From Sedimentisphaerales bacterium (GTDB lineage Bacteria; Planctomycetota; Phycisphaerae; Sedimentisphaerales; SM23-30), in NCBI GenBank assembly GCA_963666285.1, contig OY762711.1: DNA of 64,000 nt; one strand, written 5' to 3'. Every line of letters starts with the position of its first letter. The first letter of the stretch is position 1. The notes beneath the pieces are model-generated. The model was not told the origin of the DNA, searched no databases, and saw only the letters and a list, made by a program, of their open reading frames with translations. The translations under genes were made by a program, and so were the position numbers. This document shows, piece after piece, positions 10,372 to 18,938 of the stretch.

Positions 10372-13300
10372 ATGAAGCGGACTATCGATGAATTTACCAA
10401 TCTGTATTCTTTGAGTAAGACTTTGCGCTTTGAGCTTAAGCCAGTAGGTGAAACAGCGGAAAAGCTGGAAGAATTCAAAAATGAAGGATTAAAGACAATT
10501 GTCGAACAAGACAAAAATCGGGCAAAGGACTACAAGGAGATAAAAAAGATAATTGATAGCTATCATCGATATTTCATTGATGAAGTATTATCAGGAGAAA
10601 TATTAACTGCTGATGAGATTGTAGAAGCCTATAACCTGTACAGCAATGCCACTAAACCTGGGGCCGCAAAAGAGAAAAAAGAAGAATATGCAAAAACACA
10701 AGAGAAGTTAAGAAAGAAGATTTCCGAGAGGTTTTCTGCTGAGAGCAAGAAATACCATCTTTATAAAGGAGACTTTTCCAAGCTCATCAATATGCAAGGG
10801 TCCGGTAAAAATAAAACTAAAGGCAAATTATGGCACTGGCTAAAAGATAGACTTGATAGCGGAAAAATAACAAAAGAAGAATTTGATCAAGCTGACGAGT
10901 ATATAGCAGACTTTGATAAATTCACAACATACTTTGCTGGCTTTAATCAGAACAGGGATAATCTATATGTAGATAAGGACCAGTCAACTGCTATTGCCTA
11001 TCGCATAGTCCATGAGAATATGGCAAAGCATTTTGAGAATTGTAAGAGAATAAACAAAATTGAAATGGAAGAAAGATATTCAGAACTATCGGAATTACTT
11101 CGCTCTCGAAAAGAGATATTTAAGCCTGCTGAGTTTGTGAAATATCTCGGACAAAAAGGGATTGATATATATAACGAAGCAATCGGTCATAAGGCGGATG
11201 ATATAAATGCAAAAGGTATTAACCAGATAATTAATGAATACCGTCAGAAAAATAATATTAAACCGCGTGAACTGCCTGTAATGACGACATTATACAAGCA
11301 GATATTGAGTGATCGAGAAAACGGATTTGTGATTGATGAATTTTTGAGTGATAAAGAAGTATTTGAAGCTATTCAAGAAGTTAATAGAAGTTTAGTTGAT
11401 TCCGAGCTTGTTGAAAATATTATGAACTGTCTGGATGAATATATGCAAGCAGGCAGCCAAGTTGGAATGTACATAAAAAATGACCTTGCATTGACAGATA
11501 TTTCTCAAAAGTATTTCTGTGACTGGTCTTTAATTGGCAGGGCAATTAATGTTTATGCTGAAGAATCTTTAGGTCTTAATCTGGATAAGCGAGAAGCATT
11601 GAGTAAAGAAGATTTTTACTCAATAGAGTTTGTTCAAAAAACTGTTGATTATTACTATGATTCAATTAATATGCCAGATCAGAAAAAATATTTAGCGGAA
11701 TATTTCAGAGGATTTTCAGTTGATGGTAAATTGTTGAGTGATAGTTTTTGTGAAGCATATAAAGAAGTAGAAGCAGTATTAAAACAGGAAGAACTGAATA
11801 AAGACAGGCGGGTCCCCAAGGATGAAAAAGACAAAGGTGGAAAAGGATTTCAACAGATAGAGAAAATAAAGAAGTACCTGGACAGCGTGTTGGCAATTCA
11901 ACATTTTCTGAAACCACTATATATGATGAAAAGCGGCAAGATGATAGAGTTGGGAGAGAAAAACAGTGACTTTTATGACAGATTTAATCCGCTATATGAG
12001 AGTCTTTCAGACATTATCGGAGTATACAATAAAGTAAGGAATTATGTAACGAAAAAGCCCTACAAAACTGACAAATTTAAGATCAATTTTGAAAATAGCA
12101 CATTACTTGACGGTTGGGATGTTAATAAAGAAATTGCTAATAATAGCGTTTTATTATTCAAAGATAACAAATATTTCCTTGGAGTAATGAAAAAAGATTC
12201 TAACAATATGTTTAATTACAGACAGGAAGCAGATGATTCAAAAAACAAGTTGGAAGCTAAGAAAGCAATAGAGAAAAAGATAATAGCAACTGAATCTGAA
12301 GAATACTATGAAAAAATGGTTTACAAGCTTTTGCCAGATCCATCAAAAATGCTTCCAAAGGTATTTTTTAGTAAAAAGAACATCAATTATTATAGCCCTA
12401 CACAAGAAGTTTTGGAAATTCGAGAAAAAGGGTTATTTAAGAAGGCTGCAAACGACAAAAAATCAATGTATAAATGGATTGATTTCATGAAAGAATCTTT
12501 AGGGAGTCACCCTGAGTGGAATCAATATTTTGATTTCACTTTCACAAAAACTAAAGAATTTAGAGATAGTAGTGAGTTTTACAAAGAAGTTGCCGAACAG
12601 GGATATAGCCTAACATATGATAGAATCAAGAAATCATATATTGACGAACATGTTGCTAAGGGTAATTTATATCTATTTGAGATATACAATAAGGATATGT
12701 CGCCATACAGCAAGGGCAGGCCCAACCTCCATACAAGTTACTGGAAACTGTTATTTGCCCATGAAAACCTTAATGATCTTGTTATTAAATTAAATGGTCA
12801 AGCAGAAGTATTTTTCCGCCCACGATCGTTGAAAAAGAAAGAAACGGCAGTACACAAAGCAAATGAGGCAATAGAAAACAAGAACCCACTGAATGCCAAA
12901 AAGATTAGCAGATTTAACTATGATATAATAAAAGACAAAAGGTTCACACAAGATAAGTTTTTCTTTCACTGCCCTATCACGCTAAATTTCAAATCGGGTG
13001 GATTTGGCAAATTCAATGACAAAGTAATTGAGTTTTTGAGAAATAATCCAGATGTTTGTATTATTGGAATAGATAGAGGCGAACGTCATCTGCTGTATTA
13101 TACAGTTATAAATCAAAAAGGTGTAATCTTGGAACAAGGGAGTTTTAATACTATAACCAGCAATATGACAAGTGAAGGTAAGAAAGTCCCAATGACGACG
13201 GATTATCATAATCTGCTTGATAAAAAAGAGAAGGAGCGAGATGCTGCACGGAAAAGCTGGTCAGCAGTAGAGAATATAAAAGAACTCAAAAGCGGCTATT

Positions 13301-14244
13301 TGTCTCATGTAGTACACAAGCTGGCAACACTTATGGTTAAGCATAATGCTATAGTATGCCTGGAGGATCTGAATTTCGGGTTTAAACGCGGCAGGTTTAA
13401 ATTTGAAAAACAGGTATATCAGAAGTTTGAAAAAGCTCTTATAGATAAGTTGAATTACCTGGTATTTAAGGATAATAAACCGGAGGAAGCCGGACATTAT
13501 CTGAAAGCTTATCAGTTGACGGCTCCATTTGAGAGTTTTCAAAAGCTGGGAAAACAGAGCGGTTTTTTGTTTTATGTAACAAGTGACTATACATCAAAGA
13601 TTGATCCGGTGACAGGATTTGCCAATCGTATTAATACTAGGTACGAATCGGTCGAAAAGAGTTGTAAGCTTTTTGAGAAATTTGAGAGTATCCGGTATAG
13701 TCCAGAGAAGAATTATTTTGAATTTGTAATTGATTACTCACAACTGGAAGGAAGCGGGCTAGAGAAATGGACTATCTGTACGCACGGCAAGGAACGTTAC
13801 AGATATAACAGGGAAAAACAGAATTATGAATGTTATGACGTAACTTCAAACCTGAAAGATCTGTTTAGGTCAGAGCAAATAGAATATACAGCGGGAAAAG
13901 ATATAAGAGCCGACATTTTAGCTAGGAAAGAGAAGAAATATGCTGATTTCTTCAGGAAGTTACTATTCAACGTTTCATTAACAGTCCAATTGAGACATAC
14001 ATATAAAGTTAATAGCGAAGAGAAAGACTTTATTCTATCACCAGTAGCAAAAAATGGTAAGTTTTTTGACTCTCGTGAATACGAGAGTATAGAGAATTCG
14101 CAATTACCAATAAATGCAGATGCCAACGGAGCATATAATATAGCCAGGAAAGGTCTGCTGACATTATTAAAGCAAATTAATGAAGGAAATAAACCCTCAG
14201 CAATTAGGAATGCAGACTGGTTTGATTTTGTGCAGAAAAGATAA
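10372..14244 (+). CDS. cas12a: Type V-A CRISPR effector Cas12a (Cpf1)
   Basis: N-terminus FTNLYSLSKTLRFELKP; KLLPDPSKMLPKVFF; RuvC-I IGIDRGERHL, RuvC-II LEDLNFGFK, RuvC-III ADANGAYNIARKG; 1290 aa. Confidence 0.98.
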   Translation: MKRTIDEFTNLYSLSKTLRFELKPVGETAEKLEEFKNEGLKTIVEQDKNRAKDYKEIKKIIDSYHRYFIDEVLSGEILTADEIVEAYNLYSNATKPGAAKEKKEEYAKTQEKLRKKISERFSAESKKYHLYKGDFSKLINMQGSGKNKTKGKLWHWLKDRLDSGKITKEEFDQADEYIADFDKFTTYFAGFNQNRDNLYVDKDQSTAIAYRIVHENMAKHFENCKRINKIEMEERYSELSELLRSRKEIFKPAEFVKYLGQKGIDIYNEAIGHKADDINAKGINQIINEYRQKNNIKPRELPVMTTLYKQILSDRENGFVIDEFLSDKEVFEAIQEVNRSLVDSELVENIMNCLDEYMQAGSQVGMYIKNDLALTDISQKYFCDWSLIGRAINVYAEESLGLNLDKREALSKEDFYSIEFVQKTVDYYYDSINMPDQKKYLAEYFRGFSVDGKLLSDSFCEAYKEVEAVLKQEELNKDRRVPKDEKDKGGKGFQQIEKIKKYLDSVLAIQHFLKPLYMMKSGKMIELGEKNSDFYDRFNPLYESLSDIIGVYNKVRNYVTKKPYKTDKFKINFENSTLLDGWDVNKEIANNSVLLFKDNKYFLGVMKKDSNNMFNYRQEADDSKNKLEAKKAIEKKIIATESEEYYEKMVYKLLPDPSKMLPKVFFSKKNINYYSPTQEVLEIREKGLFKKAANDKKSMYKWIDFMKESLGSHPEWNQYFDFTFTKTKEFRDSSEFYKEVAEQGYSLTYDRIKKSYIDEHVAKGNLYLFEIYNKDMSPYSKGRPNLHTSYWKLLFAHENLNDLVIKLNGQAEVFFRPRSLKKKETAVHKANEAIENKNPLNAKKISRFNYDIIKDKRFTQDKFFFHCPITLNFKSGGFGKFNDKVIEFLRNNPDVCIIGIDRGERHLLYYTVINQKGVILEQGSFNTITSNMTSEGKKVPMTTDYHNLLDKKEKERDAARKSWSAVENIKELKSGYLSHVVHKLATLMVKHNAIVCLEDLNFGFKRGRFKFEKQVYQKFEKALIDKLNYLVFKDNKPEEAGHYLKAYQLTAPFESFQKLGKQSGFLFYVTSDYTSKIDPVTGFANRINTRYESVEKSCKLFEKFESIRYSPEKNYFEFVIDYSQLEGSGLEKWTICTHGKERYRYNREKQNYECYDVTSNLKDLFRSEQIEYTAGKDIRADILARKEKKYADFFRKLLFNVSLTVQLRHTYKVNSEEKDFILSPVAKNGKFFDSREYESIENSQLPINADANGAYNIARKGLLTLLKQINEGNKPSAIRNADWFDFVQKR

Positions 14245-14339
14245 AAAATAATTTAGTTAAGTTCTTTGACAATTAAATACGATATATCATACAAGATATA
14301 TAATTAATATGAGTGCAGTTCATTTGAGTGAGGTCATAG

Positions 14340-14903
14340 ATGGAGAGCTATATACCCATATCATATCTGAATGATTTTATATTTTGTCCGAGGTCGATCT
14401 ATTTCCATCAGCTCCATGGCCGGTTAAGCACGAAATTGTACCATGATGTCGCCCAGACAGCCGGTCGTGCAGCTCATGAAGCAATAGACAATAAGAAATA
14501 TTCCACTCGCAAGAATATTTTGCAGGGTATAGAGGTATATTGCTCTCAATACAATATTGCCGGTAAGATCGATATTTTTGACATTAAAACCGGTTTACTG
14601 ACTGAGCGTAAGAAGCAGATCAAAGCAATTTACGACGGCTATGTGTTCCAGTTATATGCCCAGTATTTCGGTTTGACAGAGGCTGGCTATGCGGTGAAAA
14701 CCATTCGTTTTTACAGTCGTGATGATAACAAGGTATGGCCGGTAGAATTACCAGACAATAATCAAGAAATGTTTGCTAAATTTGAAGAAACAGTTCGGCA
14801 AATACACAATTATGACCTCAATAATTATCGTCAGACAAATATAAAAAAATGTGAGAACTGCATATATGAGCCATTATGCGACCAATCTTTAGCGTTCAGA
14901 TAA
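14340..14903 (+). CDS. cas4: Type V CRISPR-associated Cas4
   Basis: ISYLNDFIFCPRSIYFH, GKIDIFD..ERK, QLYAQY, C-terminal CxxCxxxxxC. Confidence 0.95.
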   Translation: MESYIPISYLNDFIFCPRSIYFHQLHGRLSTKLYHDVAQTAGRAAHEAIDNKKYSTRKNILQGIEVYCSQYNIAGKIDIFDIKTGLLTERKKQIKAIYDGYVFQLYAQYFGLTEAGYAVKTIRFYSRDDNKVWPVELPDNNQEMFAKFEETVRQIHNYDLNNYRQTNIKKCENCIYEPLCDQSLAFR

Positions 14904-14918
14904 TAGAAGGGTAATGTT

Positions 14919-15902
14919 ATGTTAAGCGCACCAGATTTCAAACAGAAGCAAATTATCTTTGCCATGTTAAGCCATGGTGAACACTTAAGCTTTAAAAATG
15001 ACAATGTAATAATAAAAGACAGTGAAGGGGCGATCAAGCATCAATCAACATGCTACAGGCTGTTTGCTCTATTGATAGTAGGTCATATAAGCATAACAAG
15101 CGGTTTACTACAGCGAGCCGAGAAATTTGGCTTTACAATAGTACTAATGACCCATACCTTACGAGTTTACGGATTGTGGTCTTGCGGAGCTGAAGGCAAT
15201 GTCTTGCTGCGGAAGAAACAATATGATTATGAAAACTTATCTATAGCAAAACATATAGTCAAGAATAAGATCTTTAATCAATTATCAGCACTAAAACGTA
15301 TTCGAGGTAAAACAGAATCGCAACAAGCAGGGATAACAGACCTGCAATCATATTTGGAGCGTCTGGAAGAAACAAAAGATTTTGATTTACAGGAAATACT
15401 CGGTATAGAAGGAACTGCCGGTCGGTCATATTTCAAGAACATCTTTTCGGATTATAACTGGCAAGGTCGCCGTCCACGAGTAAAGCATGATATGACTAAC
15501 TGCATGATGGACATAGGCTATACGCTACTTTTTAACATAATAGAAGCCTTGCTCAAGGTGTATGGTTTTGACTTATATCGAGGTGTATATCATCAGGAAT
15601 TTTATCAGAGGAAATCGCTGGTATGCGACCTGGTTGAGCCGTTCAGGCCTTTGATTGACTGGCAAATACGGAAGTCATACAATTTGGGCCAGGTAAAGGA
15701 AAAAGATTTTACTATACGCCAGAATCAATATTGCCTATACGGTAAATCTGCAGGCCCATATATTGTAAATCTGCTTGAGCCGCTAATAAAAGAGAAGCAG
15801 AATATATTTCTCTATGTTCAGGGTTATTACCGCAGTTTTATGAAGGGCAAGGAAGCAGAAGAATTTCCATTTTATGAAATGGAGGCAGGTAAATGCTTAT
15901 AG
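14919..15902 (+). CDS. cas1: Type V CRISPR-associated Cas1
   Basis: GIEGTAGRSYF, GVYHQEFYQRKSLVCDLVEPFR; lies between cas4 and cas2. Confidence 0.96.
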   Translation: MLSAPDFKQKQIIFAMLSHGEHLSFKNDNVIIKDSEGAIKHQSTCYRLFALLIVGHISITSGLLQRAEKFGFTIVLMTHTLRVYGLWSCGAEGNVLLRKKQYDYENLSIAKHIVKNKIFNQLSALKRIRGKTESQQAGITDLQSYLERLEETKDFDLQEILGIEGTAGRSYFKNIFSDYNWQGRRPRVKHDMTNCMMDIGYTLLFNIIEALLKVYGFDLYRGVYHQEFYQRKSLVCDLVEPFRPLIDWQIRKSYNLGQVKEKDFTIRQNQYCLYGKSAGPYIVNLLEPLIKEKQNIFLYVQGYYRSFMKGKEAEEFPFYEMEAGKCL

Positions 15903-16168
15903 TGTCATATGATATAAGTGACGACAAATTACGAACACGCTTTGCAAAATACTTGAAAAAGTTTGGATATAGATTACAATATTCGGTGTTCGAGGTGCGA
16001 AACAGTCCTCGCGTTCTAAACTGCATAGCAACTGAAATAGACAGTAATTTCGGTAAACAGTTCGAACAGAAAGACAGTGTAATAATATTTAACCTAAGCC
16101 AACAGTGCAAAAAGTACTGTTACGGTTATGCCCGAAATGACCAGGACGATTTGATAGTAATTGATTGA
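15893..16168 (+). CDS. cas2: CRISPR-associated Cas2
   Basis: MLIVSYDISDDKLR..G.RLQYSVFE. Confidence 0.96.
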   Translation: MLIVSYDISDDKLRTRFAKYLKKFGYRLQYSVFEVRNSPRVLNCIATEIDSNFGKQFEQKDSVIIFNLSQQCKKYCYGYARNDQDDLIVID

Positions 16169-16294
16169 AATGTAAACCCTGGTATTAATGGCCTGCGAAC
16201 CGTTAATATAGTTGAAAATATGCCGATTATAACGATTATATCTGGATTTGCCTGTAAACTTACACAATCTGTAATGTTTGTACGAAGAATAGCC
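16169..16294 (+). promoter_or_regulatory. CRISPR leader
   Basis: AT-rich non-coding segment between cas2 and the first repeat. Confidence 0.7.
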
Positions 16295-16894
16295 GTCTAG
16301 AAGACATATTAAATTTCTACTGTTGTAGATGTTTTAGAACCACAGATGGACACGGAGTCTAGAAGACATATTAAATTTCTACTGTTGTAGATTCGATTCC
16401 TTACCACCCGCAGAGCAAGTCTAGAAGACATATTAAATTTCTACTGTTGTAGATTACGATCAGCATTGGTTAAATCAGCAGGTCTAGAAGACATATTAAA
16501 TTTCTACTGTTGTAGATTTCTTACTTGGTGTTATCTCTCAAATAGGTCTAGAAGACATATTAAATTTCTACTGTTGTAGATCTAAGTCGCATGCTCTGTG
16601 AATTACAGTCTAGAAGACATATTAAATTTCTACTGTTGTAGATCTGATATCATGGACGGATTATAAGCTTGTCTAGAAGACATATTAAATTTCTACTGTT
16701 GTAGATATAATAATTAGTATCTCTTTTGCTTTGGTCTAGAAGACATATTAAATTTCTACTGTTGTAGATTTACAATATCTTTTGCCTCAATATCTGTCTA
16801 GAAGACATATTAAATTTCTACTGTTGTAGATCGAACGTATACCCCCCTGTCTTCAGGGGTCTAGAAGACATATTAAATTTCTACTGTTGTAGAT
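16295..16894 (+). CRISPR. Type V-A array, leader-proximal part: 10 repeats, 9 intact spacers of 26-28 bp
   Basis: Repeat GTCTAGAAGACATATTAAATTTCTACTGTTGTAGAT (36 bp) starting at 16295, 16357, 16419, 16482, 16546, 16608, 16671, 16734, 16796, 16859; canonical Cas12a 3' handle AATTTCTACTGTTGTAGAT. Confidence 0.99.
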
Positions 16895-16980
16895 ATAGTT
16901 TCGTGCCTTTCGTGTTTTTCTATGAAGCCAGAATGCAACATTAATTTTCTAATTTTATTCATTTTTGCTATAATTCCTTT

Positions 16981-17070
16981 ATCTTGCAAAGGATAGGGCT
17001 CTGCTGAGGAGCAACCCGAGCGTTGCAAGTTGTCGAGAAGCCGGGGCGGTTTTACACCGCCTCGTTTTTT
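16981..17070 (+). ncRNA. Small structured RNA resembling the Acido-Lenti-1 motif, inside the IS end
   Basis: TGCTATAAT extended -10 at 16966-16974; stem CTTGCAA/TTGCAAG with inner hairpin; linker GTCGAGAAGCC; terminator hairpin 17042-17064 plus T6. Family resemblance is from memory of the motif. Confidence 0.5.
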
Positions 17071-17074
17071 GCTT

Positions 17075-17310
17075 TTTGACCTTATGCGATAAACCTATTT
17101 AAAACAATTTTCGCGTAGCGAATCATTATTTACCTGATTGTTTCATCTTTCTATCCGGAGTGTCCGAGGCTGTATTTTACGCCATGGTTCCATTATATAT
17201 ATTGCGATACGGCTTAATTTTCGTGTCAGGTTCAAAACCCAAATGCACGACCAAGGTTCCGTATCGATTTCAATCGGGAAAAATCATAGGTAATATTTTA
17301 TCTTTTACTT
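17075..17310 (-). ncRNA. Candidate bridge RNA / seekRNA of the IS1111-type element (boundaries approximate)
   Basis: 8-bp stem CGATACGG (17205-17212)/CCGTATCG (17259-17266) enclosing TTTTCGTG and CACGA, which match opposite strands of the insertion site. Confidence 0.65.
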
Positions 17311-17319
17311 ATATTGGTA

Positions 17320-18366
17320 TCAAACACTTTGCAACTCGGGCATCTGCCAACTTGTCCCATCTCGCATCATCGCCCACAATCGTACGAACAACCGTCGGGC
17401 TGTAGCTACTATCGCTATTTTTGCACGAGTTTTACTTCCCCTCTTTATTCTTTCGTATGTTTCTTTTATCCATGGATTCCAACGCAAACCCAGCCAGCAA
17501 ACCTCAACAAGTAATGCTCGCAATAACCTATTGCCATATTTACTTATCCGCCCATGACGGTCTGTATTACCTGATTGGTACTGACGCGGTGTCATACCAA
17601 TATAGCTGCCAACTTGTTTGCAATTCTTAAATCTATGTGGATCATCAATATAAGCTGCAACTGCCTCTGCCAGACGTGGGCCAACTCCGGGAACAGTCTG
17701 TAATAGTTTTACTTTTTCATCAGTACTATTTAACTCTTCCAGTTTATCTTCAACTACTTGCAAAGCGTCTGTTAATTGTTCCAGTAATATAAGCTCGCTC
17801 CATAGATTGCCTTTCCAGAGCTCATCTGGTTTAACTTTATCCATTGGCATAGCCATACTTCTTAACTGTTCCAGATTCTGCTTAGACCAGCACTTTCTGC
17901 CTGACGGCAACGAATACGCCTGGGCATTTAATAAAGAACGAATAGTATTTTTTACCTGAGTTATCCGTTCTGTAAGGCTCTGGCGATAATTAATTAAAGA
18001 TCGTTTCTCGCGAATTTCCTTTTTAGGAACATAGACAGTTGATAAATCTCCTAAAGCAGCACGCTTGGCCAGCCAAAATGCATCCTTTTTATCTGTTTTC
18101 TTCTTCAATTTTCTGCCAGACCATTCGCCGGTATTAGTATTTGCCACTTCATATTTTAATTCCAGGGTGTCAAAAAGGTCACAAATCCAGCCTATGATAT
18201 CACAAGCCTCAAATACAATAAGATCAGCAGGGTGAGATACTGCCAGGTCATGAAGCTCTTGAGGGTTAGTCTTAAACGACTTATATGTAGCCTTACAGCT
18301 TTTTACCTCATAAAAACAAACTACACTCTTGAATTTTCCTAAATCAATTGACATAATAGTCTTCAT
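17320..18366 (-). CDS. IS110-family DEDD recombinase/transposase
   Basis: IDLGK (D), FEAC (E), KTDKKDA (D,D), TVPGVGP, QSG catalytic serine, ISKYGNRLLR; 348 aa and intact. Confidence 0.96.
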   Translation of the reverse strand: MKTIMSIDLGKFKSVVCFYEVKSCKATYKSFKTNPQELHDLAVSHPADLIVFEACDIIGWICDLFDTLELKYEVANTNTGEWSGRKLKKKTDKKDAFWLAKRAALGDLSTVYVPKKEIREKRSLINYRQSLTERITQVKNTIRSLLNAQAYSLPSGRKCWSKQNLEQLRSMAMPMDKVKPDELWKGNLWSELILLEQLTDALQVVEDKLEELNSTDEKVKLLQTVPGVGPRLAEAVAAYIDDPHRFKNCKQVGSYIGMTPRQYQSGNTDRHGRISKYGNRLLRALLVEVCWLGLRWNPWIKETYERIKRGSKTRAKIAIVATARRLFVRLWAMMRDGTSWQMPELQSV

Positions 18367-18494
18367 AGCCAGAATACTCCGTATAAAATAGGTTAAATAT
18401 TTGAGCGTCCCTGTGACAGCTCGTGCTAAAATTATTGTGTATTATAACACAAGCCATGCTACAGGAATATTCTGGCTTTCATTGTATTTTCGTG

Positions 18495-18718
18495 GTCTAG
18501 AAGACATATTAAATTTCTACTGTTGTAGATTCACATCATCGCTTATTGATGAAGATGGTCTAGAAGACATATTAAATTTCTACTGTTGTAGATTTGCCTT
18601 CTTTCTTTTAAGTTTTATAGTCTAGAAGACATATTAAATTTCTACTGTTGTAGATTAAAAAAGGTGACGTGATCGATTATGGGTCTAGAAGACATATTAA
18701 ATTTCTACTGTTGTAGAT
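18495..18718 (+). CRISPR. Type V-A array, distal part: 4 repeats, 3 spacers
   Basis: Same 36-bp repeat at 18495, 18558, 18620, 18683. Confidence 0.99.
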
Positions 18719-18816
18719 TTGGCTCCGCCCTTAGAACATACGAGCAGTTGAACAGTAAAAAGAGGAGAGAGGCGGGAAGAAATTATAAATTATAAATGTT
18801 GAATTATGAAAAAAAA

Positions 18817-18867
18817 TCTCATCTTTTATCGGATTCCATATAAGGGAGAACCAGATAAAAGATGAGA
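18817..18867. terminator. Perfect 14-bp inverted repeat between the convergent CRISPR array and lysA; possible bidirectional terminator
   Basis: TCTCATCTTTTATC (18817-18830) and GATAAAAGATGAGA (18854-18867), flanked by A runs. Confidence 0.5.
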
Positions 18868-18938
18868 AAAGTTATATGTAAAGATCGCATTAAATCCACC
18901 ATTAAACTAGTGGACCGGCAGCCCTGAGACAAGGCTAT

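Larger units (their letters stand above)
16920..18486 (-). mobile_element. IS110-superfamily element, IS1111-type, inserted in CRISPR spacer 10
   Basis: Sub-terminal inverted repeats ATGAAGCCAGAAT (16922-16934) and ATTCTGGCTTTCAT (18469-18482); about 400-bp non-coding region downstream of tnp; no target duplication beyond a shared T-run, so ends are uncertain by a few nt. Confidence 0.92.

Noticed and set aside
14245..14339. Possible tracrRNA, scoutRNA or mini-array between cas12a and cas4
   Set aside because: No anti-repeat or degenerate repeat seen; type V-A needs no tracrRNA.
16331..16340. Spacer 1 starts GTTTTAGA, like a type II-A repeat
   Set aside because: Only 8 nt match and there is no cas9 or tracrRNA in the window.
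16393..16418. Spacer 2 (TCGATTCCTTACCACCCGC..) resembles a tRNA T-arm/3' end
   Set aside because: Too short to support, and a canonical GGTTCGA context would not give a TTTV PAM.
16770..16795. Spacer 8 shares AATATCTTTTG with about 61340-61350
   Set aside because: An 11-nt AT-rich match is expected by chance and is not a protospacer.
17160..17630. Plus-strand ORFs within the IS
   Set aside because: Antisense to tnp or over the structured non-coding end; no recognisable motifs.
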